This document shows, piece after piece, positions 56,140 through 64,000 of a stretch of DNA of 64,000 bases. Within the stretch, counting starts at the first letter, position 1. Each line of letters starts with the position of its first letter. Origin of the DNA: an uncultured Syntrophaceae bacterium (GTDB lineage Bacteria > Desulfobacterota > Syntrophia > Syntrophales > UBA5619). Position numbers and translations under genes: made by a program. The stretch is taken from assembly GCA_964433455.1 (NCBI GenBank), contig CAYSSF010000001.1, positions 610 to 64,609 on the forward strand, in the 5' to 3' direction. The notes beneath the pieces are model-generated. The model had not been told where the DNA came from. It was given only the letters and a program-made list of their open reading frames with translations, and did no database searches.

Positions 56140-56529
56140 TTATTTGCCCTTCTTCACTTGGCCGATATTCCGGAGGAGAGACCTGTAACGGAGTAAGCTC
56201 TCGGAAACGGGCAGAGGTTTGGGGTGAAGGCGGATATTTCTGAGGTTTTCCAATGCCTTCAGGTCAGTGATCGTTCCAAGCGCCGAGATCTGGCTGGCAG
56301 AAACGCCCAACAACATGACCTGACCAAGGACATCGACCAGCAGAACGCTGTTCTTCGGACCAAGATAGCGGGCGGAGACAATGTCGATCATGGGGTTCCC
56401 ATGGATCGTCTCGGGAGATCGATAAAAATATTTCTTCAACACATAGGCGGTCCCGATCATCATCGCGATCACGATGGCGAGGGCGGCGATCATTTTGAAG
56501 AATGACCAGACAAAACTTACCGATTCCAA
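56140..56529 (-). CDS. fliO: Flagellar protein FliO/FliZ
   Basis: Single-TM 129-aa protein between fliN and fliP. Confidence 0.75.
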   Translation of the reverse strand: MESVSFVWSFFKMIAALAIVIAMMIGTAYVLKKYFYRSPETIHGNPMIDIVSARYLGPKNSVLLVDVLGQVMLLGVSASQISALGTITDLKALENLRNIRLHPKPLPVSESLLRYRSLLRNIGQVKKGK

Positions 56530-56540
56530 TGCTCTTTCTC

Positions 56541-56999
56541 CTATTTCAGTTTGTTGATCCGCTCCGCAGGGGAAACGATGTCCGTAAGCCGGACCCCGAA
56601 TTTTTCGTTGACGACCACCACTTCGCCGCGTGCAATAAGCCTCTGATTGACATACACATCCATCGGTTCTCCGGCCAGCTTCGTCAGCTCGACGACCGAC
56701 CCCTGCCCCAACTGGAGAAGTTCACTGATCAGCATCCTGTTGCGTCCCAACTCAACGGTGAGAAAAAGGGGGATGTCCAGGATAAAATCCAGGTCCAGTA
56801 GTTGCTTTGGCGTCTCCCCTTTTTCGACCTCTTCGAAAGAGGCGGCTTTGACTTCCACGGAGGGTTTGCCGAATTGTGACTGCTCCATTTCATTCTGAAC
56901 ATCATCCCATTGGAGATCATCGTCGCTCTTTCCCGGGGGGGCGGATGTTTCAACCAAGGGGCCATTGTTCAACAGGGCATCAATCTCATTCTGTTCCAT
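56541..56999 (-). CDS. fliN: Flagellar switch protein FliN
   Basis: 'LTVELGRNRMLISELLQLGQGSVVELTKLAGEPMDVYVNQRLIARGEVVVVNEKFGVRLTDI'. Confidence 0.94.
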   Translation of the reverse strand: MEQNEIDALLNNGPLVETSAPPGKSDDDLQWDDVQNEMEQSQFGKPSVEVKAASFEEVEKGETPKQLLDLDFILDIPLFLTVELGRNRMLISELLQLGQGSVVELTKLAGEPMDVYVNQRLIARGEVVVVNEKFGVRLTDIVSPAERINKLK

Positions 57000-57987
57000 A
57001 GTCGATTACCTCATCCTTTGAAATGACCTGCGATACCTGTATCGCCTGATTTCCTTTATAGATAACGGGGCGACCTCTGAATTTCTTCACCCCTTCCACG
57101 TAGAGATCGATCGGATCCGTCACACACTGCATGAGCGGGATGACATCCCCCATTTTAAGGTTGATCACCTCGCTGGCATTGATTTCGGTACTTCCCAGGC
57201 GGACGGCCAGATCGACTTTCGAGGCGAACAAGCCTCCCTTGAACCGGTTGATCCAGGTTTTGTCGACTTCAAGCTGCTCGCTTTGATAGCCGGCCTGCAA
57301 GCGGTCGCGGAGCGGTTCAAGCGTCGCGTAAGGAATGCACAGAGAAATCGTTCCCGAAGAATATTCCACCTCGATTTCAAACGTTGAGACAATCACGACA
57401 TCGGTCGGCGGCACCAGTTGGACAAATTGAGGATTGATTTCGGAGCGCTGATAAGCGATTTTCAAATCCACAAGAGATTGCCAGGCCTTCTCGATATCTC
57501 CAAGGGCGCTTAAGATCACCTTCTTGATGATGTTGCTTTCAATGGCGGTAAACTCCCTTCCTTCAATTTTAAAGGCATTTCTTCCCGAGCCGCCGAATAT
57601 GATATCGACCAGCATGAAAATTATTTTGGATTCAACGATGATCAACGCGCTGCCGCGCAGTGGATCGAGCTTGAACACATGCATGCTGGTCGGGACCGGA
57701 ATCGATTTAAGAAATTCACCGAATTTTACCATATCGGTCGATACGGCGCTCACACTGCAGACCTTGCGCAGCAGCGAGGAAAGGGTGGCGCGGAACATCC
57801 TGGCGAACTTCTCATTGGTCATTTCCAATGTGGGCATTCGGCCCCGGATGATCCTGTCCTGGCTGGTCAGGTCATAGGTCATCACCTCGGACGACCCTTG
57901 AAAATCGAGCGCCTCCGTCTCGATCTCACCACCCGATATCCCCCGCAACAGGGCGTCTACTTCTTCCTGAGATAGAATATTGGCCAC
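56986..57987 (-). CDS. fliM: Flagellar switch protein FliM
   Basis: N-terminal CheY-P binding peptide 'LSQEEVDALL'. 333 aa. Confidence 0.95.
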   Translation of the reverse strand: MANILSQEEVDALLRGISGGEIETEALDFQGSSEVMTYDLTSQDRIIRGRMPTLEMTNEKFARMFRATLSSLLRKVCSVSAVSTDMVKFGEFLKSIPVPTSMHVFKLDPLRGSALIIVESKIIFMLVDIIFGGSGRNAFKIEGREFTAIESNIIKKVILSALGDIEKAWQSLVDLKIAYQRSEINPQFVQLVPPTDVVIVSTFEIEVEYSSGTISLCIPYATLEPLRDRLQAGYQSEQLEVDKTWINRFKGGLFASKVDLAVRLGSTEINASEVINLKMGDVIPLMQCVTDPIDLYVEGVKKFRGRPVIYKGNQAIQVSQVISKDEVIDYGTE

Positions 57988-58006
57988 GATGAGGCTCCCT
58001 TTGATG

Positions 58007-58498
58007 CTACTGGATCACGAAATCGGTAAAGTAGACCTTTGTCACTTTGCCCCGTTGAAGAATATTGTTGATCCGCCCTGCAACATCCTCACGGAGTCGT
58101 TGTTTGCCGGCCAGATCCGTGAGATCTTTTAATGTTTTTGGCGTCAGCAGGTCCAGGATGCTGTCGCGGATCCGCGGTTTGATCTGTTCGAGTTCAGACC
58201 CGACCGCCGGATCGGAAACCTCCAGTTGGATCACGATCTTAAGATACCTCTCCCCGTTGGTTTCGGCGATATTGACGACAAACGCGTCCATCGGCAAGAT
58301 GGACAATACCGCCGGGGTCACCGGCAAAGGTTTCTTGGGGTCCGCTTTGGTCATCAGGTAAAATCCGGCGACCGTTCCGGACAGAACGACTGCCAAAGCA
58401 ATCGAAACGATCAGGATCAACTTGATGTTGGATTTTTTCTTCGGCTCCGGAGTCTCCTCGTCTTTCACTTCCTCTTTATCTCTATTTTCTCTTGCCAT
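58007..58498 (-). CDS. fliL: Flagellar basal-body-associated protein FliL
   Basis: Single TM and a C-terminal 'KVTKVYFTDFVIQ'. Confidence 0.9.
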   Translation of the reverse strand: MARENRDKEEVKDEETPEPKKKSNIKLILIVSIALAVVLSGTVAGFYLMTKADPKKPLPVTPAVLSILPMDAFVVNIAETNGERYLKIVIQLEVSDPAVGSELEQIKPRIRDSILDLLTPKTLKDLTDLAGKQRLREDVAGRINNILQRGKVTKVYFTDFVIQ

Positions 58499-58505
58499 AG
58501 CTTCC

Positions 58506-59111
58506 TCACTTTAATGATACGATCAGGTTCACACGTCTGTTTTGCGCCCGGCCGTCCGAAGAGTCATTGGATGCAACGGGCCGCGAATCGGCATATCCCG
58601 CCGCTGACAGATCCTTGGGATCGATTCCGCATTCATCGACAAGGAATTTCAATACATTGACAGCCCTTTGGGCGGACAGTTCCCAGTTTGACGGGAAAGA
58701 GCCGTTGGCGACGGGAACGGAATCGGTATGTCCTTCGACCAGGATCGCTCCGGCCGCCGCTTTGAGTTTTTGGCCCACGCCCCTCAATAGATCATTGTGG
58801 AGGATCTCCGCCGATCCGGAGGGGTAGACCAGCGATTCGGGAAGGACGATGGAAACGCCCCCCGCTACCGGACGTGCTTCGATGCCATCTGCACGGCTCA
58901 GGGCCCGGATGAAAAGGGTCCGTCGATCTTCACTTTTCACGGAACCAAAGACTTCCGCGACGGCCGCCGATACATCCTGGACTTTGTCAACAGGGATGTC
59001 AGAGACGGAAACCAGCACGATAAAAAAGATCAACAGGACGGTCAGCAGATCGTTGAAGCTCATCTGCCAGGTTCTAACTTCGATTCCTGTTGTATGATTC
59101 GGTCTTCTCAT
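58506..59111 (-). CDS. motB: Stator protein MotB (canonical, with conserved Asp)
   Basis: 'WQMSFNDLLTVLLIFF' carries the channel Asp. OmpA-like C-terminus 'VEGHTDSVP...NWELSAQRA...NRRVNL'. Confidence 0.88.
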   Translation of the reverse strand: MRRPNHTTGIEVRTWQMSFNDLLTVLLIFFIVLVSVSDIPVDKVQDVSAAVAEVFGSVKSEDRRTLFIRALSRADGIEARPVAGGVSIVLPESLVYPSGSAEILHNDLLRGVGQKLKAAAGAILVEGHTDSVPVANGSFPSNWELSAQRAVNVLKFLVDECGIDPKDLSAAGYADSRPVASNDSSDGRAQNRRVNLIVSLK

Positions 59112-59743
59112 CGGGCTGCCCTGAAAAGAATTTCAATCCGCCTGTTCGTTTGTCGCCCTTCCGGCGTATCATTGTCTGCCGCCGGCCGATATTCGGCAAA
59201 GCCGATGGCCGCCAACCTTCCCGGAGGAATGCCGTTCTGTTGTAAATACCGCAGGATATTGACGGCCCGCATCGTGGAGAGCTCCCAGTTCGAAGGAAAT
59301 TTTGCCGTATGGATCGGGAGATTGTCCGTATGGCCCTCTACCTGGATCGATAAATCGTTCCGTTTCGCAATATTTATAATGCCGTCGAGCATGGGGTACA
59401 CCCCCTCGCCGAGAGAAGCGTCCCCGGAGGCGAAGAGAAGCGGGTTGGGAACAACCGCCTTGAAACCGTTTTGTGTTCGGACGACCGAAAATTCGTTGTT
59501 CAGTCCCCCATGGACACTCAATTTCGTCAGGGATTGCATTGCCTGGTTCATGTCCGGCGACGGTTGTGAAACCTCGGGCGTCAGGCTCACCACATTTTTA
59601 ATCTGCAGGAACCGTTCCTTGTCGATCACGGAGTAGGCGACCAGCATCACAAAGAGAACAAGGAGCAACAGCATCAGGGAACAGTAGATCGTTTGCCATT
59701 GCGGGATCGGTTGGGCTGCCGGTAACAGAGGTGGTCTATTCAT
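59108..59743 (-). CDS. MotB-like OmpA-domain protein lacking the channel Asp
   Basis: The TM region 'WQTIYCSLMLLLLVLF' has Ser where Asp is expected. The OmpA-like C-terminus is intact ('VEGHTDNLP...NWELSTMRA...NRRIEI'). Overlaps both neighbouring genes. Confidence 0.8.
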   Translation of the reverse strand: MNRPPLLPAAQPIPQWQTIYCSLMLLLLVLFVMLVAYSVIDKERFLQIKNVVSLTPEVSQPSPDMNQAMQSLTKLSVHGGLNNEFSVVRTQNGFKAVVPNPLLFASGDASLGEGVYPMLDGIINIAKRNDLSIQVEGHTDNLPIHTAKFPSNWELSTMRAVNILRYLQQNGIPPGRLAAIGFAEYRPAADNDTPEGRQTNRRIEILFRAAR

Positions 59744-60506
59744 GGTAGAATTGCGACCTTCTTTCCCGCGGGGGGATATAGGACTGGAGCTTTTGCTCCA
59801 CGACCCGCGGATTGTCCCCGGATTGAATGGAAAGGATGCCGTTGATGATCAGTTGCTTCAGCAACAGCTCCCTTGAACTTCTGGTCTTCAGCTTTCCGGC
59901 AATCGGAAGAAAAACGAGATTGGCCAGGATAACCCCGTAAAAAGTGGTAATCAGCGCAACCGCCATGGCCGGACCGATCGTCCCGGGATGGTCCATCTGC
60001 TTGAGCATCTGGACAAGACCGATCAATGTCCCGATCAGCCCCATAGCCGGAGCGAAGTTGCCCATGGTTGTAAATATTTCAGCGCCCAACCGGTGTCGTT
60101 CGCCGATGAAATCCAGTTCCGTTTCCATAATATCCGATACTTGAGCGGGTTCTACCCCATCAACCACCAGGTTGACCGCCTTGATCAGAAAGGGATCCTT
60201 GTTTTCTTTGATCATTTTCTGAAGAGACATGATTCCTTCCCGGCGGGACATCTTCGACATTTCAACAAGCTGACGGATCACAACGTCCGCCCTTTGTCCC
60301 TTGCTCCGGAAGGCGTTTTTTGCCACTTTGATCACGCCCAACAGGTCGGACAGCGGATAGTTGATCAAAACGGCGCCAAAGGTGCCTCCCAATACAATCA
60401 TCGCGGAGGGAGCGTCGACGAACCAGGCAAGCCCGCCACCGGACAGCATGGCAATGATGACAAGGCCGAATCCGCCGATAATCCCGATAATCGTTGCAAA
60501 ATCCAC
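59736..60506 (-). CDS. motA: Stator protein MotA/PomA
   Basis: 256 aa with 'PAMGLIGTLIGLVQML' and 'MAVALITTFYGVILANLVFLPIAGKL'. GTG start. Confidence 0.94.
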   Translation of the reverse strand: MDFATIIGIIGGFGLVIIAMLSGGGLAWFVDAPSAMIVLGGTFGAVLINYPLSDLLGVIKVAKNAFRSKGQRADVVIRQLVEMSKMSRREGIMSLQKMIKENKDPFLIKAVNLVVDGVEPAQVSDIMETELDFIGERHRLGAEIFTTMGNFAPAMGLIGTLIGLVQMLKQMDHPGTIGPAMAVALITTFYGVILANLVFLPIAGKLKTRSSRELLLKQLIINGILSIQSGDNPRVVEQKLQSYIPPRERRSQFYHE

Positions 60507-60563
60507 AAAATCCCCAATATGAAAGAAGTCGTGATCGAGACCTCGTCTCGCTGTCCATGGAAG

Positions 60564-60579
60564 AGCAAGGAATATGCCA
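60564..60579 (-). promoter_or_regulatory. Sigma-54 promoter TGGCAT-N5-TTGCT (motA operon)
   Basis: Exact GG-N10-GC spacing. Lies ~58 nt upstream of the motA GTG. Confidence 0.65.
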
Positions 60580-60674
60580 AGAAGCGATAATGATTTTAGA
60601 CCGGATAATCCGTGAGGTGCTGAAGATGAAAAGCGGAAACAGACGGGGTCAATGTCAAAGTATTGACGTGAACG

Positions 60675-60923
60675 TCAAATCCATATGTCGATCCATCTCC
60701 CCTTGGTCTGAACGGACCCATCGGTGCGGATCGGATATGGGGTTTGTCGACGGAGCGTGGGTTGATCGCTGTCGGCGTGAATTTCTACATAATCGATGAT
60801 CTCCCCGGAGGCCCCGGGCGTGGGGACATGAAAGGAGCGCCGAGACGGCGTAACGGAGAGAGGAGCGTCCCCCGCCGTGATGACGGCAGGATAGAAGCTG
60901 TAATCGGAGTGTCGGATCTCCAT
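60675..60923 (-). CDS. Hypothetical 82-aa protein at the position usually occupied by flbD
   Basis: The only ORF in the 560-nt flgE-motA gap. It shows a weak FlbD-like pattern ('F.V...GEIIDYVE...D...TL...Y.IR') and GC-rich third codon positions. The composition is Pro/Arg-rich, so the call is low confidence. Confidence 0.33.
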   Translation of the reverse strand: MEIRHSDYSFYPAVITAGDAPLSVTPSRRSFHVPTPGASGEIIDYVEIHADSDQPTLRRQTPYPIRTDGSVQTKGRWIDIWI

Positions 60924-60971
60924 ATTTCCTCAGGCGATGCAGACGGTTTATCGTATCGTCGAATCGTCATC

Positions 60972-61001
60972 CTTATACGACTGAAATGAGACGCATGTCA
61001 A
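60972..61001 (-). promoter_or_regulatory. Sigma-70-like promoter TTGACA-N18-TATAAG
   Basis: Perfect -35, 5/6 matches in the -10, and an 18-nt spacer. Lies ~45 nt upstream of the orf82 ATG. Confidence 0.35.
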
Positions 61002-61018
61002 GCAATTCATGGATGTCA

Positions 61019-61055
61019 GGCGGGGAGCGGGGAAATGGAATTCCCGCTCCCCGCC
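61019..61055 (-). other. GC-rich 13-bp hairpin just downstream of flgE
   Basis: GGCGGGGAGCGGG / CCCGCTCCCCGCC with an 11-nt loop. There is no T-tract on the minus strand, so it is not a canonical intrinsic terminator. Confidence 0.6.
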
Positions 61056-61065
61056 TGCGTAACGG

Positions 61066-62694
61066 CTATCGCTTGATGTTCATAAGCTCCGTGAGCATCT
61101 GATCCGCGGTCGTGATGATGCGCGAACTGGCCTGATAGGCCCGCTGGGCCGTGATCATGTTGATGAACTCCTTGGCCACGTCCGTATTGGAGATTTCGAG
61201 CGAATGGTTCATGATTTCGCCCAGTCCGCTGGAACCGGCCTTGTTCGTGATCGCCTCTCCGGAGGCGCTGGTCGACCCGAAATAGTTTCCGATCTTTTTC
61301 AGACCGGAGGGGTCCCGAAAACTGGCCAGGATGAGTTGCCCCAACTTGGAGGTCTGGCCGTTCGTGAAGAAACCGTTGATGATGCCGTCGTTTTCAACAT
61401 TGATGCTCTGCAAGACGCCAAAGGTGTAGCCGTTGTCCGAGAGGGACTTGAGGACGGATGAACTGGCGTAGCCCGTGATCGTCTTGGCGGTGTCGCCAAC
61501 CAGATCCCAGTTGATCTTGTTTTTTGTCGTGTCCCCGATGCCCGAGGTCACGCCGATCGTAGATACTTCGCCATTGGGATTGTTGCTCAAGGCGCCAAAG
61601 GTCAGCGTCACATCTTGAGGCGCAACGTCTGTTTTTTTGACGTCGAAGGAAACGGTATTTCCGGCCGTCCATTGATTGCCGGTTGTTGCGCCCAGATCAA
61701 AGGCAATATCCGATCCGCCCTTGCCGTCCAGGTCCACTTTCAGGTATTCCTTGCCGCCGATCTCTTCCTGCCATGCGATGGCATGTTCGTAACCCCCGTT
61801 GGCGGTGACCGTCCAGACACCCGTAGGGGCTTCCTTCACCATGGAGAGGCTCGATGTGGAGTCCTTGAACAACTGTCCAGGTTTCGTGACAGTCTGTTTG
61901 TCGATGGTTCCGATGGTGGCGCCCGTCCCGATCGCCGAAGTCGCCGGGGCGGGTATGCTGCCTTTGTACATGCCGAGAAGCGCGCCGTTCTTATCGAAGG
62001 TCAACCCGCACGCCTGCTGTTCACTGATATCACTGAAGTTCTCGTCGTCGAGCTTCACGTCGAAGCCCCAAGTGCCGTTTCCCTCCGTCTTCAGGAAGGT
62101 GACGGAAAGGGCATGGAGTTGGCCCCTTGAATCAAAGACGTTCTGGGAGACGTTGAATTTTTCTCCATAGGGCGTATTTTCATCAAGGTTGGCGCCGAGG
62201 CTGATCTCCGTGGTCGCCTTGGCATTGGACATGGCGTTGTCAAAAGAGATGTCCTGCGGTTTCTCGACGCCCGTGTCCGTGCTGACCGTCAACGCGGCCT
62301 TGGAAGCGCTGAACCCCTGGACCTTGTAATTATTGCCGTCGACGAGGAGGCCTTCCTTGCTGATGTGAAAGGCGCCGGCCCGGGTGTAATAAGAGGCTTC
62401 GTTGGCGTCTTTGACCACGAAAAAGCCGTCGCCGTCGATCGCCAGATCCGTGGCATTCCCGGTGGTTTCAAAGGAACCCTGCGAGAACTGGGTTGCCACC
62501 GCGGCCACGGCGACGCCATCGCCGACGGCCATGGAACCCGCACTGGATAAACTTTGGTTCAACATGCTGGCAAAGTAGGTATTCCCGGCTTTGAAACCCA
62601 GCGTGTTGGAATTGGCGAGGTTGTTGCCGATCACGTCCATCTGTTTCGAACTCGCTGTCAGACCCGTGGTCCCGATTGATATTGCGCTTCCCAT
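61066..62694 (-). CDS. flgE: Flagellar hook protein FlgE
   Basis: 'IGNNLANSNTLGFKAG' and C-terminal 'MITAQRAYQASSRIITTADQML'. 542 aa. Confidence 0.95.
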   Translation of the reverse strand: MGSAISIGTTGLTASSKQMDVIGNNLANSNTLGFKAGNTYFASMLNQSLSSAGSMAVGDGVAVAAVATQFSQGSFETTGNATDLAIDGDGFFVVKDANEASYYTRAGAFHISKEGLLVDGNNYKVQGFSASKAALTVSTDTGVEKPQDISFDNAMSNAKATTEISLGANLDENTPYGEKFNVSQNVFDSRGQLHALSVTFLKTEGNGTWGFDVKLDDENFSDISEQQACGLTFDKNGALLGMYKGSIPAPATSAIGTGATIGTIDKQTVTKPGQLFKDSTSSLSMVKEAPTGVWTVTANGGYEHAIAWQEEIGGKEYLKVDLDGKGGSDIAFDLGATTGNQWTAGNTVSFDVKKTDVAPQDVTLTFGALSNNPNGEVSTIGVTSGIGDTTKNKINWDLVGDTAKTITGYASSSVLKSLSDNGYTFGVLQSINVENDGIINGFFTNGQTSKLGQLILASFRDPSGLKKIGNYFGSTSASGEAITNKAGSSGLGEIMNHSLEISNTDVAKEFINMITAQRAYQASSRIITTADQMLTELMNIKR

Positions 62695-62719
62695 TGCTCA
62701 TTCCTCCTTGTATGGTTGT

Positions 62720-63397
62720 TTATATATTTTCCTGTGATTTGATTTGCGCGATGTCGCTGAGCGGCACCTCTCGTCCGTTGATGGTAACCAGGATCTGGTT
62801 GCTCCTGAAATGGACCGCCGTGACCACCCCGGTGGTCATCATGTCGGCCGTCACAGGGGCGCCAATGGAATCCTTGGCGGCGATCTGATAGCTGTAATTG
62901 CCTTTTTCGACGCCGGAGCTGTCCCAGGTCGCGCTGTTCATTCCCGCTCTCTTGGCCGATTCGTCCCAGGTTCTTACGAGCTTTCCATCCATGTCCCTGA
63001 TGCTGATCGTGACATTCTTTGCGTCCCCTGTCAGGCTGTAATTCAATCGAACCGTCTCTCCGTTTGCCATAATCGTGTTGCCCGAACGGGCAACGACCTC
63101 TTTTCCGATCATATTGACGGACTGGGCGTAGCCGAGCGTCATCTGATTCACGCTCTGGGTCTCAAGCGTGGTATTGAGATTCTTCAGTTGTTCGAGACTC
63201 GAAAATTGGGCCAGTTGCGCCGCGAAATCGGTCCCGTCCATCGGTTTGAGCGGGTCCTGATTTTTAAGCTGCGCCAGCAGCAGTTTCATGAACTCGTCCT
63301 TGCCGACGGAATTCATGCTGGATGACTGAGTCGAAGTGCCCGTGGCGGCGGTCTTGCTGACGATGTTTTCAATGCCGCTGGCGGTGTTGATAGCCAT
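62720..63397 (-). CDS. flgD: Hook assembly/cap protein FlgD
   Basis: 'GKDEFMKLLLAQLKNQDPLKPMDGTDFAAQLAQFSSLEQL'. Confidence 0.94.
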   Translation of the reverse strand: MAINTASGIENIVSKTAATGTSTQSSSMNSVGKDEFMKLLLAQLKNQDPLKPMDGTDFAAQLAQFSSLEQLKNLNTTLETQSVNQMTLGYAQSVNMIGKEVVARSGNTIMANGETVRLNYSLTGDAKNVTISIRDMDGKLVRTWDESAKRAGMNSATWDSSGVEKGNYSYQIAAKDSIGAPVTADMMTTGVVTAVHFRSNQILVTINGREVPLSDIAQIKSQENI

Positions 63398-63417
63398 TTT
63401 TTTACCTCCTTCACCTC

Positions 63418-64000
63418 TTAAGCGAAAATACTGATCCGTCCCGCTGCCGAATTTTCTCCTGTGACGGATGAAAAGAGCTGCAAAGCGGGCGCGCCCCCTA
63501 CACGGGCATTGAATCTTTCCCGGTGTTCCCGGTTTTGCCGATACATCTCGCCGCTGCCCGTCTGCTGCCGGCCCGTCCCATTGTCCTGCAGGAAAACCTG
63601 AAATCCTTCCATCTTCAGATCATGCCGATGCAGGGCCATGCGGACATCGTCCGAGCGGGACTGCAGCGCCTGTTGAACGGTCGCGTTTTCCGCGATCATC
63701 ACCACGTCGACCCTTTCCCTGCGGACGACGATATCCAAATCGACAGCGCCAAGATCCGGCGGGTTGAGCAGAATCCGGACCCGTCCGAAATCGTTGCCGA
63801 CGCCCTGCCGCGCTTCCAGGATATGGTCAATAACAGCCTGCATCTTGACTCCTTTAGAGCCAACCGTGGCAGGGCTGCGGGTTTCATGTGAGGAGACGAC
63901 ATGGGGCATCTCCATGCGGAAAGGGAACATCTCGCGTTCGGGAAGCCTCATCTGATGATTGGGCATCGAATTTCGGCTCTGCGCATGATCATGGGCCGGG
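63418..64000 (-). CDS. fliK: Hook-length control protein FliK (3' part; ORF open to window edge)
   Basis: 'RVRILLNPPDLGAVDLDIVVRRERVDVVMIAENATVQQALQS' is the Flg_hook domain. The frame has no stop between 63966 and 64000, so the gene probably starts beyond the window. Confidence 0.8.
   Translation of the reverse strand, partial: PAHDHAQSRNSMPNHQMRLPEREMFPFRMEMPHVVSSHETRSPATVGSKGVKMQAVIDHILEARQGVGNDFGRVRILLNPPDLGAVDLDIVVRRERVDVVMIAENATVQQALQSRSDDVRMALHRHDLKMEGFQVFLQDNGTGRQQTGSGEMYRQNREHRERFNARVGGAPALQLFSSVTGENSAAGRISIFA

Overview
This 64-kb window comes from a moderately GC-rich diderm bacterium. L/P-ring genes, a Firmicute/spirochaete-like fla gene order and heavy use of sigma-54 and sigma-28 promoters suggest a Desulfobacterota/deltaproteobacterium-like lineage, but that is inference only. 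All family calls below rest on motif recognition by eye; no searches were run. The first ~7.5 kb holds a GPP34-family protein, panB, a TRAP transporter (dctPQM), and a minus-strand module of PilZ, a GAF hybrid histidine kinase and a J-domain protein. The remaining ~56 kb is one large motility/chemotaxis locus with these parts:

- A CheX-like protein plus response regulator pair, divergent from a sigma-54 activator (NtrC family).
- A che operon, cheR-cheD-HDOD-cheY-cheX-cheB-cheA-cheY-cheX, with no cheW or MCP gene.
- A PilZ gene, then fliH-fliI, a second fliL-like gene, a sensor-less kinase-like gene and a DUF2802-like gene.
- A sigma-28-driven small ORF followed by a REC-GAF-HD-GYP phosphodiesterase.
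- A lytic transglycosylase.
- A TPR / FrhB-like::pyruvyltransferase / GT2-TPR trio directly upstream of fliC-fliD-fliS-orf-flaG.
- A long minus-strand array: (fliK)-flgD-flgE-orf82-motA-motB'-motB-fliLMNOPQR-flhBA-flhF-flhG-fliA, then orf100, a FliK-like gene and an FlhB-CC-like gene, then flgF-flgG-flgA-flgH-flgI-flgJ(N), then flgM-flgN-flgK-flgL-csrA-fliW.

I found no rRNA, tRNA, CRISPR or mobile elements. The observations most worth follow-up are:

- A tandem MshEN-type (c-di-GMP receptor-like) motif pair inside CheA where P2 normally sits.
- A J-domain protein carrying four such motifs, downstream of PilZ and the GAF kinase.
- A possible flagellin glycan-modification trio that includes a redox-domain::pyruvyltransferase fusion.
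- A 1028-aa FliD with duplicated inserts.
- An Asp-less MotB paralogue placed between motA and the canonical motB.
- A sigma-28-driven module of orf100, a FliK-like protein and a stand-alone FlhB-CC (FlhX-like) protein.
- Two coherent promoter sets: six sigma-28 promoters with a fixed 12-nt spacer, and sigma-54 promoters that include a recurrent variant with TTGA at -12.
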